Notes under the pieces: model-generated | Told to the model about the DNA's origin: nothing | What the model saw: only the letters and a program-made list of their open reading frames with translations | Database searches by the model: none | Shown: positions 1 through 11,312 of the stretch, in pieces | Layout: each line of letters starts with the position of its first letter | Numbering within the stretch: the stretch's first letter is position 1 | NCBI GenBank assembly: GCA_018398765.1 | Contig: JAHBMJ010000458.1 | Span: forward strand, 1-47,063 | Direction of reading: 5' to 3' | Origin: Chromera velia | Lineage: Eukaryota | Length of the DNA: 47,063 nucleotides | Position numbers and translations under genes: made by a program

Positions 1-37
1 CCCCCCCCCCCCCCCCCCCCCCCCCCCCCTGACCCAC

Positions 38-408
38 TTGGGTTCCACCAGTATGATGGCTGGGGCGTACTTGTCCTTCTTGGCGAATTCCGCTGCGAGG
101 TCTTTCCTCATATGCGTCGTGTCTCCTATCCCAGCGAGAAATGACCATGCTCGTCGCTGGTTGGGAGAGGAAAACGAGGGCCCTCCCGCTGTATTTCGTA
201 GAACCAAAGACCAGCGACCCCCAGCCAAAAAACACGAAGGAGACGGCTTCGGTTTTCTACGAGACGGAACAAATGAAGCGGAGCGCACCCAACTCCGTCT
301 CCCGTACCTCACATCAGCTCGGTCCGATGCAGCTCTGAAGGGCAGAAGGGCAGCCCTAAGCCCCCCCCCCCATGAGAGCATGAGAAGGAGAGACGGCAGG
401 ACACTCAT
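38..408 (-). CDS. First exon of a gene running off the window; signal plus transit-like presequence, then a possible TrmJ/SpoU RNA methyltransferase start
   Basis: Stop-free minus frame from ATG 408: MSVLPSLLLMLSWGGGLRAALLPFRAA...RRSWVRSASFVPSRRKPKPS...KDKYAPAIILVEPK, ending at a donor AA|GTGGGT near 38. The N-terminus is hydrophobic and followed by an R/S-rich segment. PAIILVEP resembles the first strand of TrmJ. Not listed in the ORF track. Confidence 0.55.
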
Positions 409-639
409 CGAAAGCGAATCCGTCTCGTCTCCACTGTCCGTCTCCTCTGTAGCGACGAAGGGTAGACAGCAAGAAATAACCGAGATCCGTCTTACGTGGC
501 TGAATCCGAATCAGTGGAACTGTTGATCAGTTGATCAGAGGACAAGGTCGCGTCCCAATTGCTGCCTTCGTGACTGCCGCTCTCACGGCATCACCTCAAC
601 ACATGAGCTGCTCAATCGGGCAGCTCATCCTGCCGTCGT

Positions 640-760
640 GCATGGCGGCGGGCGGCGGGGCCGGGCGGGCCGGCCGGGCCGCGCGGGCCTAGCTAGATCT
701 GCATGCGCATGCATAGTACATGCCATGATCGCGCGATCGCGCGCGGCCGCGGCGACAAAG
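640..760. promoter_or_regulatory. Putative bidirectional promoter core, GC-rich with palindromes
   Basis: Lies between divergent ATGs at 408 and 1191. Contains GGCCGGCC, TGCATGCGCATGCA, GATCGCGCGATC and CGCGGCCGCG. Confidence 0.4.
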
Positions 761-1190
761 CTGGCAATTAAGATCGAGCAACTGAAATTGCGGGTGCATG
801 GGGGGTGTTAGTGGGATGTTAGTGGGAAAGGAAATGAGAGGAAGGTCGACGGTTCACTTGCAGTGATGCTTTAGTTGGCGCTTTTCATAGCGCCTGTCGG
901 AGCGAGCAAGATTTATCCCGGATTGCATGAGTGGTAACCAATGGTAAGGGGAATTGGTGTGGTCCGGAAAAGAGGTGAAATGGTAGTATGGCTCTAGGCG
1001 GATCGAATGTGTAATGTAAGCTCCTTGTGGTCGGGACAGGACTCTTGGGGCCCCACCCGTGCTCCTCCAAACCGTACCTGAGTCCCCTGCTGTTTGTTGG
1101 TGTCTCACACACTGTCGAAGAGGCTGCGGTTTTTGCAGGAGCGTGTGTCGCCTTCACAAATCGCGCTGGGCCTCTAATCAGCCAGACTGA

Positions 1191-2441
1191 ATGGAGGAAT
1201 TCTTTGAATTTGGGGGGGGGAGAAATCTCTCCATTTCTTCTTCTATATCCGATTCGGAAAATAAGCTGAGGATTCAATTTACAGTGTCTGGCTTCGAAGA
1301 TGGGAACGTCTTTCTCCACTGGGGATGCGGATATGAAAACTACTCGATATCGGAGTGGAGACGGCCGCCCGACAGTTTTATGAGGGGCTACCCTAAGGAA
1401 GAAAAGGCTGCGACAACCCCTATTTTTGGGTCGCTCACACTGGAATTTAATCTCCGAGAAGACGCGATCACGGCTCTTCAATTTGTTCTTCTCTGGGTTC
1501 GAAAGGATGGCGAAGAACACTGGCTGAAGGTCCCTGGCAATGGCAAAAATTTTCTGGTGAAAGTTATGGATGTGGTTTTTCATAAGCTGAATCCGCAAAG
1601 GTTCGTTTTGGGTGCGAGGAGGGGGGAAGTTTTTTTTGCTATGTATCGATATGTTTCGGTGCTCTGTCTTGGATGGTTCCTGCCCAAATTTGCTCTCTGC
1701 ACCTCCGCGCCGGCCTCGAACAGCCTTTCTCTGTTTAGAAACATTTTCGTATCGATATCTGACAGTACTAATGTCTTCTTTTCCGTCTCCTGCAGTGCTG
1801 CTCGTCAGGGCGACACCCCCAATCGCCTGAAGGAAACGACTCCATTGACACCTGGCAAGTCTTCAGAAACACCAACGCCCACGCTGTCTACATCGAATCT
1901 CGGGACTGGAGGTCAGCTCTGAGACAAAAGGACTTGAATATCTTTCTCCGCCCCATGTTCGTCTGAGCGGGTGCGCTGTCCATGTTTGGTCGTCTGGATG
2001 CCTGTGTATTCTGCCAAGTACACACACAGAAAGCGAGCAGTCTTTTGTCCCCTTTATGCCTCTCCCCCTGAACACCCCCCCCTCGCAGTCTCTCTTGGAG
2101 CAGGCCGCCGAGATTGGACCTGCAGGTTCTTCTGTCCTTTTTCTTAGAAGCCCCCTGTAATCCTTTTAGTTCGTCTTTCTAAGCTGCCTGTCTATCTGCT
2201 TGCTTGCCTGTCTGCCCCCCCCTGTCCATCTGCTGGATGCAGGGCAGAGAGGAGCGACACTGACCGGGAGTGCAGAGATAACGAGAGCGGGATCTGCTGC
2301 CTCAGTTTACCCTTCACACCCCTCCTCTTCCTCTTCTTCGGGTCTGTCTGGTGTCAGAGGTGAGAGTTATCCGCCTTTCATTTTTGTTCTTGTTGCTGTC
2401 TTCCCTCCCTGCGTCCTCTGCCCAGCCCCCCCCTCTGCGCG

Positions 2442-2487
<46 letters not shown>

Positions 2488-5400
2488 AGTGTTTCCTCAG
2501 AGAGCTCGGCATTCTGAATGGAAAGCCCCACTCCCTCTCTTCTTGCTGATGTGATGCGGCCTTTTCTCCCGGGCTGGAAGGATGATGGATGGGATGGATC
2601 GAGGGACTGGAAGACCAAGGTGACGGGGAGTCAAAAGACAGGAGCGATGAAAGGAAGGAAGGAAGGAACGAAGGAAGGAAGAAATCGATCACATAAACGA
2701 AAGGACGAGGGAAGGGAGGAATACGAGGGGATCGCAGCGTATGAAGGGCTGACTGACGGACGAACTACTTCACTCCACAGTTGCATAAAGGAATGGATCA
2801 AGTTTTTCTTCTCCTCGATTTTCTGTTGAGTGCTGCAGCTGCTGCCGCTTTCATTGCCACCGCCAATGTCCAGCACAGCCTGCCTGGTCCCCCGGACAGA
2901 GCCTCGTACACGATGAAGGGCAACGACCGTATAGAAACCCGAGCCTTCTCTTACTATAGCGGTCAGGCAACGGGTCTGCGTGCTGTTCGCTTCGCTGTTG
3001 TCTTGCACCGTTTTTTGGTGATTCTTCGTTGGTTACCTAAAATGTCTCATTTCAAAAGAACGTGTTTCTCCTCTTCCCTTTCTTCACCATTGAGTTTCCC
3101 CCCTCTGCTCTTTTTCCCGTTCTTTGTCAGTGGAACGCCCTGTAGCGCACATCTTTTTTTGTTTTTTATGGTCTGTCTTGCGGTGCAGTGAAGCCTTTCG
3201 AGGAATTGCCTTGGGAGAGTCCAGTCCCAGGTCGTGAACCCGAGGATGTCATCACAGTCTCTTTCGGTACGTGTGCATCCAGCCCTCTTCTTTTTTGTCC
3301 ATTAAGAATCTCTCTTTCTTTCAGCCATTTTCTTGAGCAAAGAAAGCAAAGGAAAGACACACTGGAGAGAAGGGGGGAGGAATGGAGAAAGGGGGGAGGG
3401 GGAGGGTAAGGAATGGAGGAAAAAGAACGAAGAAAGACAACGGCAGAAGATGCATGCCGAAGACAAACGCGATCCAGAAAACCAGAACAAGGTAGAAAGA
3501 GGGCTAAAGGGTCGATCGCTCAAATTCTGTCCACCCGTGAGTGTCTGTCTGTGTGTACGGATGGATTTCCTTCCCCTCTCTGAAGAAACATTGCTTGCTG
3601 CATCTCTCTCCGAACACAAGTCCGTCCGTCCGTCCATTTTGCGGGTGCGGTTTGGTCCCCTTTCACTCAGCAATTCTCTCTGTTGATTTTTATTCCGTCT
3701 CGCCCTCTCGCGCCGTCGGTCTATCACGTTGACATAAGTTGAGTGGCTGCCGCGTCCCTCTCACCTCTGCTCAGTCTCCCCCTCTCTCTGTGTGTGTGTG
3801 TGTGTACACGCTTGCATGCACTTGGCATTCAATCTTTCCTTGCAGCGTTCAGGAAATGCGACTGCATTCCGGATTCGTTTCGGACCCCTCAGTCCTCCCC
3901 CCTCTGGCCGGGCAAGTGGCAAGTCGATGAGGAAGTGCTGAGGCCATTTGTGAATCAGGTCATGTGGGCATTCAAGAACCGGCTTAGCAATTTTCAGTTC
4001 ACCGAGCTGGTCAGGGGGGAGGAGAATCGAAAATTTCCTTTTGACTTTGTGATCACGGAGAGACTGCCGTACTGGGACTCGAGGAGGGACTTGATGGTTC
4101 TCAGCGTGATCATTCAACTCAAGTACATTGGGGCGGAAAACGATCACCAGTCGATCTACAGACCGAGATTGAGCACGGTGAACAGGTGGAACTTCGAGAC
4201 CTCGGTTATGGACAGAACCCTAAATCAACGACACATGCCGGCGAAACCCCCTGTGCTGAAATTGCTGCTCATGGGAGCAAGGGATCGTTTGAGGGGCAAT
4301 TTGAGGGCCCCGTATGACCCTGTATGGCGTGGTAACGTGAACGCGTTCGCTTTCCCTTACGGTGAAGCCCAGAACTTCATGACGAGCGCAGTCGTGTGGG
4401 TAGCGACCCATTTTGGTGCAGGTAGGTGGCGAGTTGGCATGCGGGCATTCATACACGGATCGCTGCTTCGATCTCTTGAGTGAATTTTGAATGAAATATT
4501 TCAAAGAGTCTCTTGAAAGCTCGCCCGTGCAGATCAGTTTTCTGGATTTGTCTGTTTTCCTCCCTCTCAGATACTGTTTTTTGCTTTTCGGGTGTGTGAC
4601 TGCATGAAAGTATCTTAACCGCAAAAGGGGACAAAAGCGACAGGAGAATATCACGCAGCCTGTCCGTATGCGTAGAGGTGAGGCCGTTTGCTCACGCGTG
4701 TGCGTACGTGAGTATCTGTGTCGGTGTTTGTTTGGTTTTTGTGCTACAGTGCATGGGAAGAAGATTGGAGGAGCAGGCGCCTGCATTGTCTTCCAGTGCG
4801 TCTGCCTCCCTGTCCACCTTCCTGCCTTTAAGTCTGATCCTTCCTGTCCCTCGATCGCTCTATTGTCAGACAGTCTGCTCTGATTTCTCGGTCTCACCTG
4901 TCCGACTGTGTCTGCATGTAAATATGCCTGCCTGCAGCCATCTGCCTGTTTGACGATGTCCGCCACGCCTTGGCCAACAACAGATACACTAACGATGAGT
5001 TGACCTACAATCCCCCCGCCCCTTCCCCCAGCACAAGAGGCACAGGAAGCCGCTCTGGTAGAAGGGAGGGTGGAAGCGGTGGCGGCCGCAACAACTGGGG
5101 CGGGGGAGGTACAGGGGGTGGGCCAGGTCCAGGATTCCAGCCTCACCCGCCGTCTGCCCCACCACCACCACCGCCAGGGCTCCCTCCCGGTCACCAGGGC
5201 GGGCAACACCCACAAAACACAAACCAGCCGCCCCCCCCTCCGGGCGGATCGCCGTCGCACCGTCCCGGCGTGCGACGGAGCAGCGACTCCGATCCCACTG
5301 CTAATCCCGATGCAGCCCACACTGACACCGATTCACGGCAGAAGCAGATGGAACCCACCCACGCAGAGGTGTTTCAGGAGGATTTGACCACCGTCGCACC

Positions 5401-6286
5401 GACAGGGGACTCCGAGCAGGACTCTACCCCGACTCTCTCTCGGCTCCCAGCAGCGGGAGCCGGGGTTCACAGGACTTTGGAGACGAATCGATCCTCCGCT
5501 GCCTCTGCCTTTGCAAGGTCGCTTTCTATCTTCGACGACCCTGACACCTCCGCGCAGCATCTGACCAGAGGGGAGATGGCAAGACGAGCCCTGTTGGCGC
5601 AGCAACAGCAAGGCACTTTGAGAAGGCCCCTCGAAGAGCAGATACCGAGTCCCTCTGCCCCTCTGACTCAAGCACGGACAGAGGGGAGGAGTCGTACCGT
5701 TGTCCCGAGTCAGATTGAGAGAGAAGAGGAGGGGGAGGAATGGGCGGAGAGAGGGCGCATACCGTCTGCCCCCGCCCCTCACCCTCGGACGTCTCTTGAG
5801 CCCCCAGTGGTGAGGCAAGGAGATCAGGGGGGCGGCACGTTCGGGGGGTCCTCTGAGACTGGCCTTGTGGATCTTCTGATTGCTTCGGGGCTTGTTTGCG
5901 GAGATGAGGAGGGGGGAGACAATGCAATTCCGCACGGAGCGGATGATCGTCAGGTGTCTCCCTCTGTTGGGACCGGCGGCAGTCAGTACCCGTTCTCGAC
6001 TGCATCCGCTGACAACACTCCGCATCCCCCGACAGATAGAGCAGGAGTAGAAGATGGGCGAGAGGGAGGAGCGCCGTTGGAAGGAAGGGAAACCCACGAC
6101 GAGAGCGGTGTCTGGGACGGGCAGACGCAGGGTCTCGCTGTCGCTGTGGCGCAGGCGGGGATTGAGTCGGTTGCCCCGAGTGAGAGGGGGGTGGAGGAGG
6201 TGGAAAGTGAGGGGTGTGATGACGGGAGAAGTGAGGGGAGTGACGTGTTTTGTGGGAATCTGGACGCGTTTGTCTCACACAATTGA
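1191..6286 (+). CDS. 7-exon gene (~922 aa): N-terminal CBM45-like starch-binding module, unrecognised central globular domain, G/P/E-rich disordered tail
   Basis: Phase-consistent GT-AG exons: 1191-1600, 1796-1911, 2243-2359, 2839-2961, 3189-3266, 3846-4421, 4938-6286 (2769 nt). Exon 1 reads VFLHWG...EWRRPP...ATTPIF...LQFVL...WLK..NGKNF, the CBM45 pattern of glucan water dikinase and plastid alpha-amylase. Confidence 0.65.
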
Positions 6287-7161
6287 AAGCGAGTCGATCT
6301 GGTCAGGAATTCAGTTATTGCGTCTGCTGTCCGAAGTGAGAAGGGGGAAGGGGGAGTTAAAAAGTGAATGGAGTAGTGGCCAGAGAAGCAGTCTGGGTAA
6401 CTAGCTGGGTAATCAGCTCTGTGACAGTTGAGAGGGCGCCAGGGGGAAAGGGCTTGTCTGAGGGGGGTGACTGGGTGCAGCGGGTTCCTTTTGTGTGGGA
6501 TTTTGTTCGACTAATCCGGCCGGGAGGCCCATTGGTAGTACTGCGGCACTGCGTTTGCCTGTATTTCACGCCCGGAATCGCACACAAAATCGCAAGATGC
6601 AATTGCTTATCAGGTCCCTCTGTTACTTCAGTTTCAAAGTAAAGGACCTTTGCATTCCGAAACTTCATGCAGAGAATCTTCATTATGTTATTATAATATG
6701 TCTCAATACAAAGTATTGAACTTGGTATATTCTTTAGAGCATTGCACCATAAAAAGTTCATAATCAAATCTGTTTTCTGTATGAAAATTCATACAATTAA
6801 ATTTAATAGTAAAATAAATAGATCTCAAGTCAAGAGATAAATGAGTTATATTGTGGAAGTCGGACTATGCCTTTGAGAAACAGTTGTGTCAAGACCAGCG
6901 CAGTCAATCATTTTGACGCACGCACGTATTGAAATATGAACATTGCGGCAAATTTTTTGCTCAATAGACTACAATAGGCCTAAATAGACCTGGTCAGGAG
7001 ATTTTGGATGAATTATACTAGAAAATAGTAAATTGAGTACAATTTGTTTAAAGTGATTTATTAGATTAAAATTAATACCACGCCCGCCCATTTCTCTCCA
7101 CTTTCTTTTTTTTTTTTGCCCACTTTTCTGTCATAATTTGGTGAAAACCAGAATTCAACTA

Positions 7162-7392
7162 ACCCCCCTGACACTCCAGTAAACTTGAAACGCCGCGCCA
7201 TAGGCATGACCAGACTTGAAACGTCAGCGCCGCAGGCGCGGCTTAACTTGAAGGTCGTGCGCCGAAGGCGTTACCAAAATAATGTACACTTAAAAATTTT
7301 TGTGGAAGGCGCACACACTCTTGAAAGAAGCGCGCCAGCATTAAAAATAATTGAAAAATCCATTTCGAGACAGATTGGAGTGTCAGGGGGGT
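7162..7392. mobile_element. 231-bp MITE with perfect 17-bp TIRs, flanked by TA
   Basis: TA|ACCCCCCTGACACTCCA (7162-7178) ... TGGAGTGTCAGGGGGGT|TA (7376-7392); no credible coding sequence. Confidence 0.8.
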
Positions 7393-8144
7393 TATTTAAT
7401 TTGTAGTGATCAGAGCTTTGGTCTACTGCATGAGGGGGGACCTGGGTCAGAGAGAAAGCTAAGAAAGCAACCACGTAGACAGTGTATATTCCTTTGCCAG
7501 TGCCGGGACTATTGCTGCGGTACAGGCACCAAGGGATACTAACGGCGATTAGGTGTAAATGGAGAACCTAAGTTTTGAAACTAAACTTCTAGACTGAAGT
7601 GAATGCATTAAAAAAAAAAAAATTGGGACATTGACCCCCCCCCTCTAAAAAAAAGAGACCTTGCATGCAACCTCAGGGCCTCTCGGCTCAGAGTCGGCTG
7701 ATCTCAGTAAAGCTAAGCTGCCCCCCGAGGTGATAGAGGAGTGAATGTTTTCCATGGTCCCATACGGTCCCACCATGTCTCACGTACCTCTATTGCACCT
7801 CTATAGCTGAGTCGATCCATCTACTATACTTAATTTGGGCCAGAACTTGCGAACCGCCCCGCGAAAGCGAAAATCCCCGCCCTAAGGATGTTGCATTTCT
7901 GTAAAAGCCCCTCAAGCCGCTTTATGGGACAATCCATATGAATTTTGTATGCATGCATACATTCCTAATTCGGGCTAAATCTTAGAATAGGAGGGTCAGA
8001 ACTTAGTATTAGTTAGTGCCTTAAGTAGCCTTAAGAAATTAGAAGCGCGCGCGTGGAATGTGTACGAGCAGGCGTGAGGCTGCGCAGATTGTTGCTGCGT
8101 ACATCTGCATGCGTCAGCGACGGCGAGATGGCGAGGAGACAGTA

Positions 8145-8186
<42 letters not shown>
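8145..8186. repeat. (TTAG)n microsatellite, possibly the tail of a minus-strand retroelement
   Basis: About 10 tandem TTAG units. Confidence 0.8.
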
Positions 8187-8514
8187 AGGATGCCTAACCC
8201 CAGTTGGAGTGCTAAGCTCCCGGGCGGCACATAATCTAAGTGACAATCTAAAGTCTGCCTAACACTCCTTTCTAGCAGAGATGAAGAAAGACAATTTCGT
8301 TGATAAACCCTTAAAATGTCAAAAGGGTCACGTTTAGTCTACATGCAAGCAACTGGAGAGGGATTTAATGTTTGGAGAGGTAATTAGAGAGAAAGAGGGA
8401 GCGCCAGTTTACAAGAAAAGCTGTAGAAAATGATTAATCTATTCACTAATTAATTCATAGAAATTATTAATTTATAGTCTACCTCTTAAAGTAGAGCCAG
8501 GATCTTGAATTCGG

Positions 8515-8570
8515 CTTGCATGAACATGGACTGCCAGCAGCTAGGCTCCGATGGCTATAGTCATTCATTC
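8515..8570 (+). mobile_element. Short 3'-end fragment of the LINE family found at 39133-40499
   Basis: CTTGCATGAACATGGACTGCCAGCAGCTAGGCTCC...TCATTCATTC matches the reverse complement of ~39150-39211, CTTGCATGAACATGGGCTGCTGGGAGCACGGCTCC...TCATTCATTC. Confidence 0.65.
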
Positions 8571-8613
8571 AAACAATTCAAATTCAAACCTATATAATGA
8601 AATAGCTATAAAG

Positions 8614-10232
8614 CTAGGGGCGGTGCATTAACAGATTTTCACCACGGCGTGGCAAAGAAGGCCTGACCCCCCCCCCCCCNCTTTTTCTTATTTAGTTTCG
8701 CCACGGTCCCAATTTATATGCCCTCCACCCAAAAGGGGCGTTTTTTTGGGCTTTCCCCCGTCAGTCTGAACAAAATTAATTAGAGGGAGGGCCCAGTCAA
8801 GGAGCACACTTCTGAAGACCTCATCTTTCACAGACGTTTGCCGCTTGCCGCTTGGCGGCTTGCTGTTGAGTGCCTCGTTTTTCGACATCGACCTTCCAGC
8901 AATGGTTCAGTCTCCATACGGTCTCCATCACAAAACACACAAGAAGACCGTCTATATGTTTCCTTCTTGATACCTTTGTATACCAACATGTGTGTCTTTG
9001 TCCTCTCCAGGACTTTACTGGTGCAGATGGAACTGGTAGCACCGCAAGCCATCCTGTTTGGTTTTTCCGGAAGCGGATTTGCCCAGCTCCCTAGAATAAC
9101 TGGTCGGTTTGGCGAATGTGCCCAATTCTTAGAAGAAGGAGAGGGCTCTTCAAAGTCCAGAAAGCCAAGGAATGGGATGATAGGAGTGCACGGCACCCAC
9201 TTGTTGCAGTATTGAAGTCTCAGCTCGCCGTTTTACTGATTGGTTGATTTTTATAGAGATGCATATACATACAGATAAGCATATAGACTGCTGCTCCGTT
9301 TGCTCAGTATCAACCATCACGTCGCTTGAGATAGTCCAACCCAAGCTCATTGCTGCACGGCTTGCTTTTTCTTTCTTCTTTGTCTGCAAATCTATATGGT
9401 TCCTTCGTATTTGAAGAATCAATGCAGATGTATTGCAGATGTACCTGCAAGTGGTTGTTTGGTTCCCCCCGGCAGTCAGTTTTTGGAAGAAGCCCAGAAG
9501 AGACACGAAGAGACAGGCCATGGCATTGCAAAGTTGCAGCCCTGAATCCATAAGTCCGGAGCTGCTTTGTGACAGTCCTTAAAGGATAGATGGTGGATAG
9601 ATGGATGGAGTGAGGGATGGATTGATGGAGTGAGTGAGGGATGGATGGATAGATGGACGGAGTGATAGAGTGAGGGAGTGAGGAGGGATGGATGGGTGGA
9701 TGGAGTGAGGGAGTGACTGAGGGATAGATGGATGGATGGATGGATGGATGAATGGATGAATGGATGGATAGAAATATTGATGGATGGAGTGATGGAGTGA
9801 GTCAGGGATGGATGGGTGGTTGGAGTGAGGGAGTGACTGAGAGATGGATAGATTGTCTTGAAGAGAGTTCGATGCAATGCAGGAGATTATTCTATGTATG
9901 TTCCTCGTGGGTCTGCGGAAAAAGCAGTTGTGCAGAAACTGCGTAACCTCTCTCCAGTTTCATTGTTTTCGCTTTTGTAAAACAATGATGCCTGCATCAG
10001 AATTTATACTATGAATAGGTTTGTTCAGAGCCTTAATTGCGTTTGATTGATGCTAGGTAAGCTAGGCCACTTAGCATAATTGTTTATTGATTGAAAGTAT
10101 GACTTCAGTGTTGTATCATATCACTTTTTGGTTTCGCCATGCTCCACTTTCGCCTTCCCTTCCGGGGGCCCCCCATTTCGCCACCCCATAGCGAAAATCT
10201 AGGCAAAAATCTATTAGTATGCCGCCTCCTAG
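8614..10232 (-). mobile_element. Decayed hAT-like DNA transposon with a transposase C-terminal remnant
   Basis: Imperfect inverted ends: CTAGGGGCGGTGCATTAACAGATTTT at 8614 versus reverse complement CTAGGAGGCGGCATACTAATAGATTTT at 10232. Broken minus frames at ~8920-9170 give SLAFW...RF...WLAVLPVPSAPV...KHIDGLL, resembling the hATC dimerisation domain. No TSD retained. Confidence 0.4.
9583..9850. repeat. Compound (GGAT)/(GAGT) microsatellite
   Basis: Degenerate GGAT/GGAGTGA tandem runs. Confidence 0.9.
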
Positions 10233-10384
10233 TCATACTGTATTAAACTTATATGGCTAGAGCTCAAGTTGTAGCGGAAAGATTGAACGCTAGGTAACTA
10301 TCTAGATAAAAGTTTACATCGAGTCATTAAAAAAAGAAAAAAATCAAAAATTTAAAACTTTTTTTTTTTTTTTTTTTAGTGCAT

Positions 10385-10441
10385 GCCCTAGCACGCAGGT
10401 CCACGGCTCCAGCCCCGAACACAATGTAATCCTGTAATCCT
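10385..10441 (+). mobile_element. Retroposon-like family A 3' end with (TAATCCTG)n tail
   Basis: ACGCAGGTCCACGGCTCCAGCCCCGAACACAATGTAATCCTGTAATCCT; homologous to 41290-41368 and to the reverse complement of 15664-15870. Confidence 0.6.
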
Positions 10442-10634
10442 AAATAAATTTATATGCCAAAAGCTGAATTAGTTTTTTTATTTTTTTATTTTTGTGTGTT
10501 AACTGGGCTTTGAGCTTTGAACTTGAAGCGCCTGCTTCAAAAAAAAAAAAAATAAAAATAAAAAGTATCAAAAACATTTTAGATAATTAATTTTTTTATT
10601 TTTTTTACGTATGGGGACTTATTGGGGAGCCTAG
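10442..10634 (-). mobile_element. Diverged partial copy of the 40651-40868 MITE, reverse orientation
   Basis: Ends TTTTTTACGTATGGGGA-cttattgggga-GCCTAG. Internal TTGAAGCGCCTGCTTCAAAAAA matches the reverse complement of TTTTTTGAAGCAGACACTTCAA. Second TIR not found. Confidence 0.7.
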
Positions 10635-11312
10635 TCAGATTTTTAAATTTTAAAACATTATAGTACATATTGAGCATAACATTTGTTGTAGACTAAGCAT
10701 ATCTAGCCTGAGGTATCAATCATCATTCGCAACTTGAATACTAGCTTGAATGTATACATTTTCTAGTACTTAGTATTAGTATGAATGAATGAACACTATA
10801 AAGACATTTTTAATTTCTTTCTAACTTTAAACTGACTGATTTTTAAATGGCTAGTTAAATTGGTATAAAAGCATGACACATTGACTATACGCCATGCTTA
10901 GTACTAGGCTTAGCATTGAACAATGAGAAGTGAAATATATCTAGAAATCTTTAGATTAATGTGCATAAACAATGACGAACCCGCCGTTCAACCCGGTGAT
11001 GAACTCATCGATCTTGGACTCACACTTGGAGTCGTGATTGTCATCTGGCTTCTCATTTTTGCAGTTGTCTGCCAATTAAAGAAAGAAAGAGGGGCAGCCT
11101 GTTGCGCAAACTCTTTCTTCTTTTCCATGCATGTTTGGTTTTTACACAAGGTTTTTGTTGCCACATTCTCTACCATATTTGGGCAGAGAAGCGTTCACAG
11201 ACAAACAACGGACAGGCGGAAGACAGACACGAAAACACATACACGGCAGGCATCTTCCACAAAGTTTTAACAAAAGGCCTGCATGAAGTAGTCAATTTCA
11301 TGGATCAGTTGG

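Noticed and set aside
1..29. Poly-C run as a functional element
   Set aside because: Homopolymer at the window edge inside a probable intron; may be a sequencing or assembly artefact.
38..526. Plus-strand 162-aa ORF
   Set aside because: Antisense shadow of a minus-strand exon that has an ATG, a presequence and a splice donor.
2089..2125. Extra micro-exon in the CBM45-like gene
   Set aside because: It has AG and GT borders, but its 37-nt length breaks the phase between the flanking exons.
8145..8186. (TTAG)n as a telomeric repeat
   Set aside because: Short, interstitial, and lacks the G-run of TTAGGG or TTTAGGG.
8828..9196. CVFC..MET peptide as a LINE zinc knuckle
   Set aside because: The His is missing, and another frame fits a hAT dimerisation remnant better.
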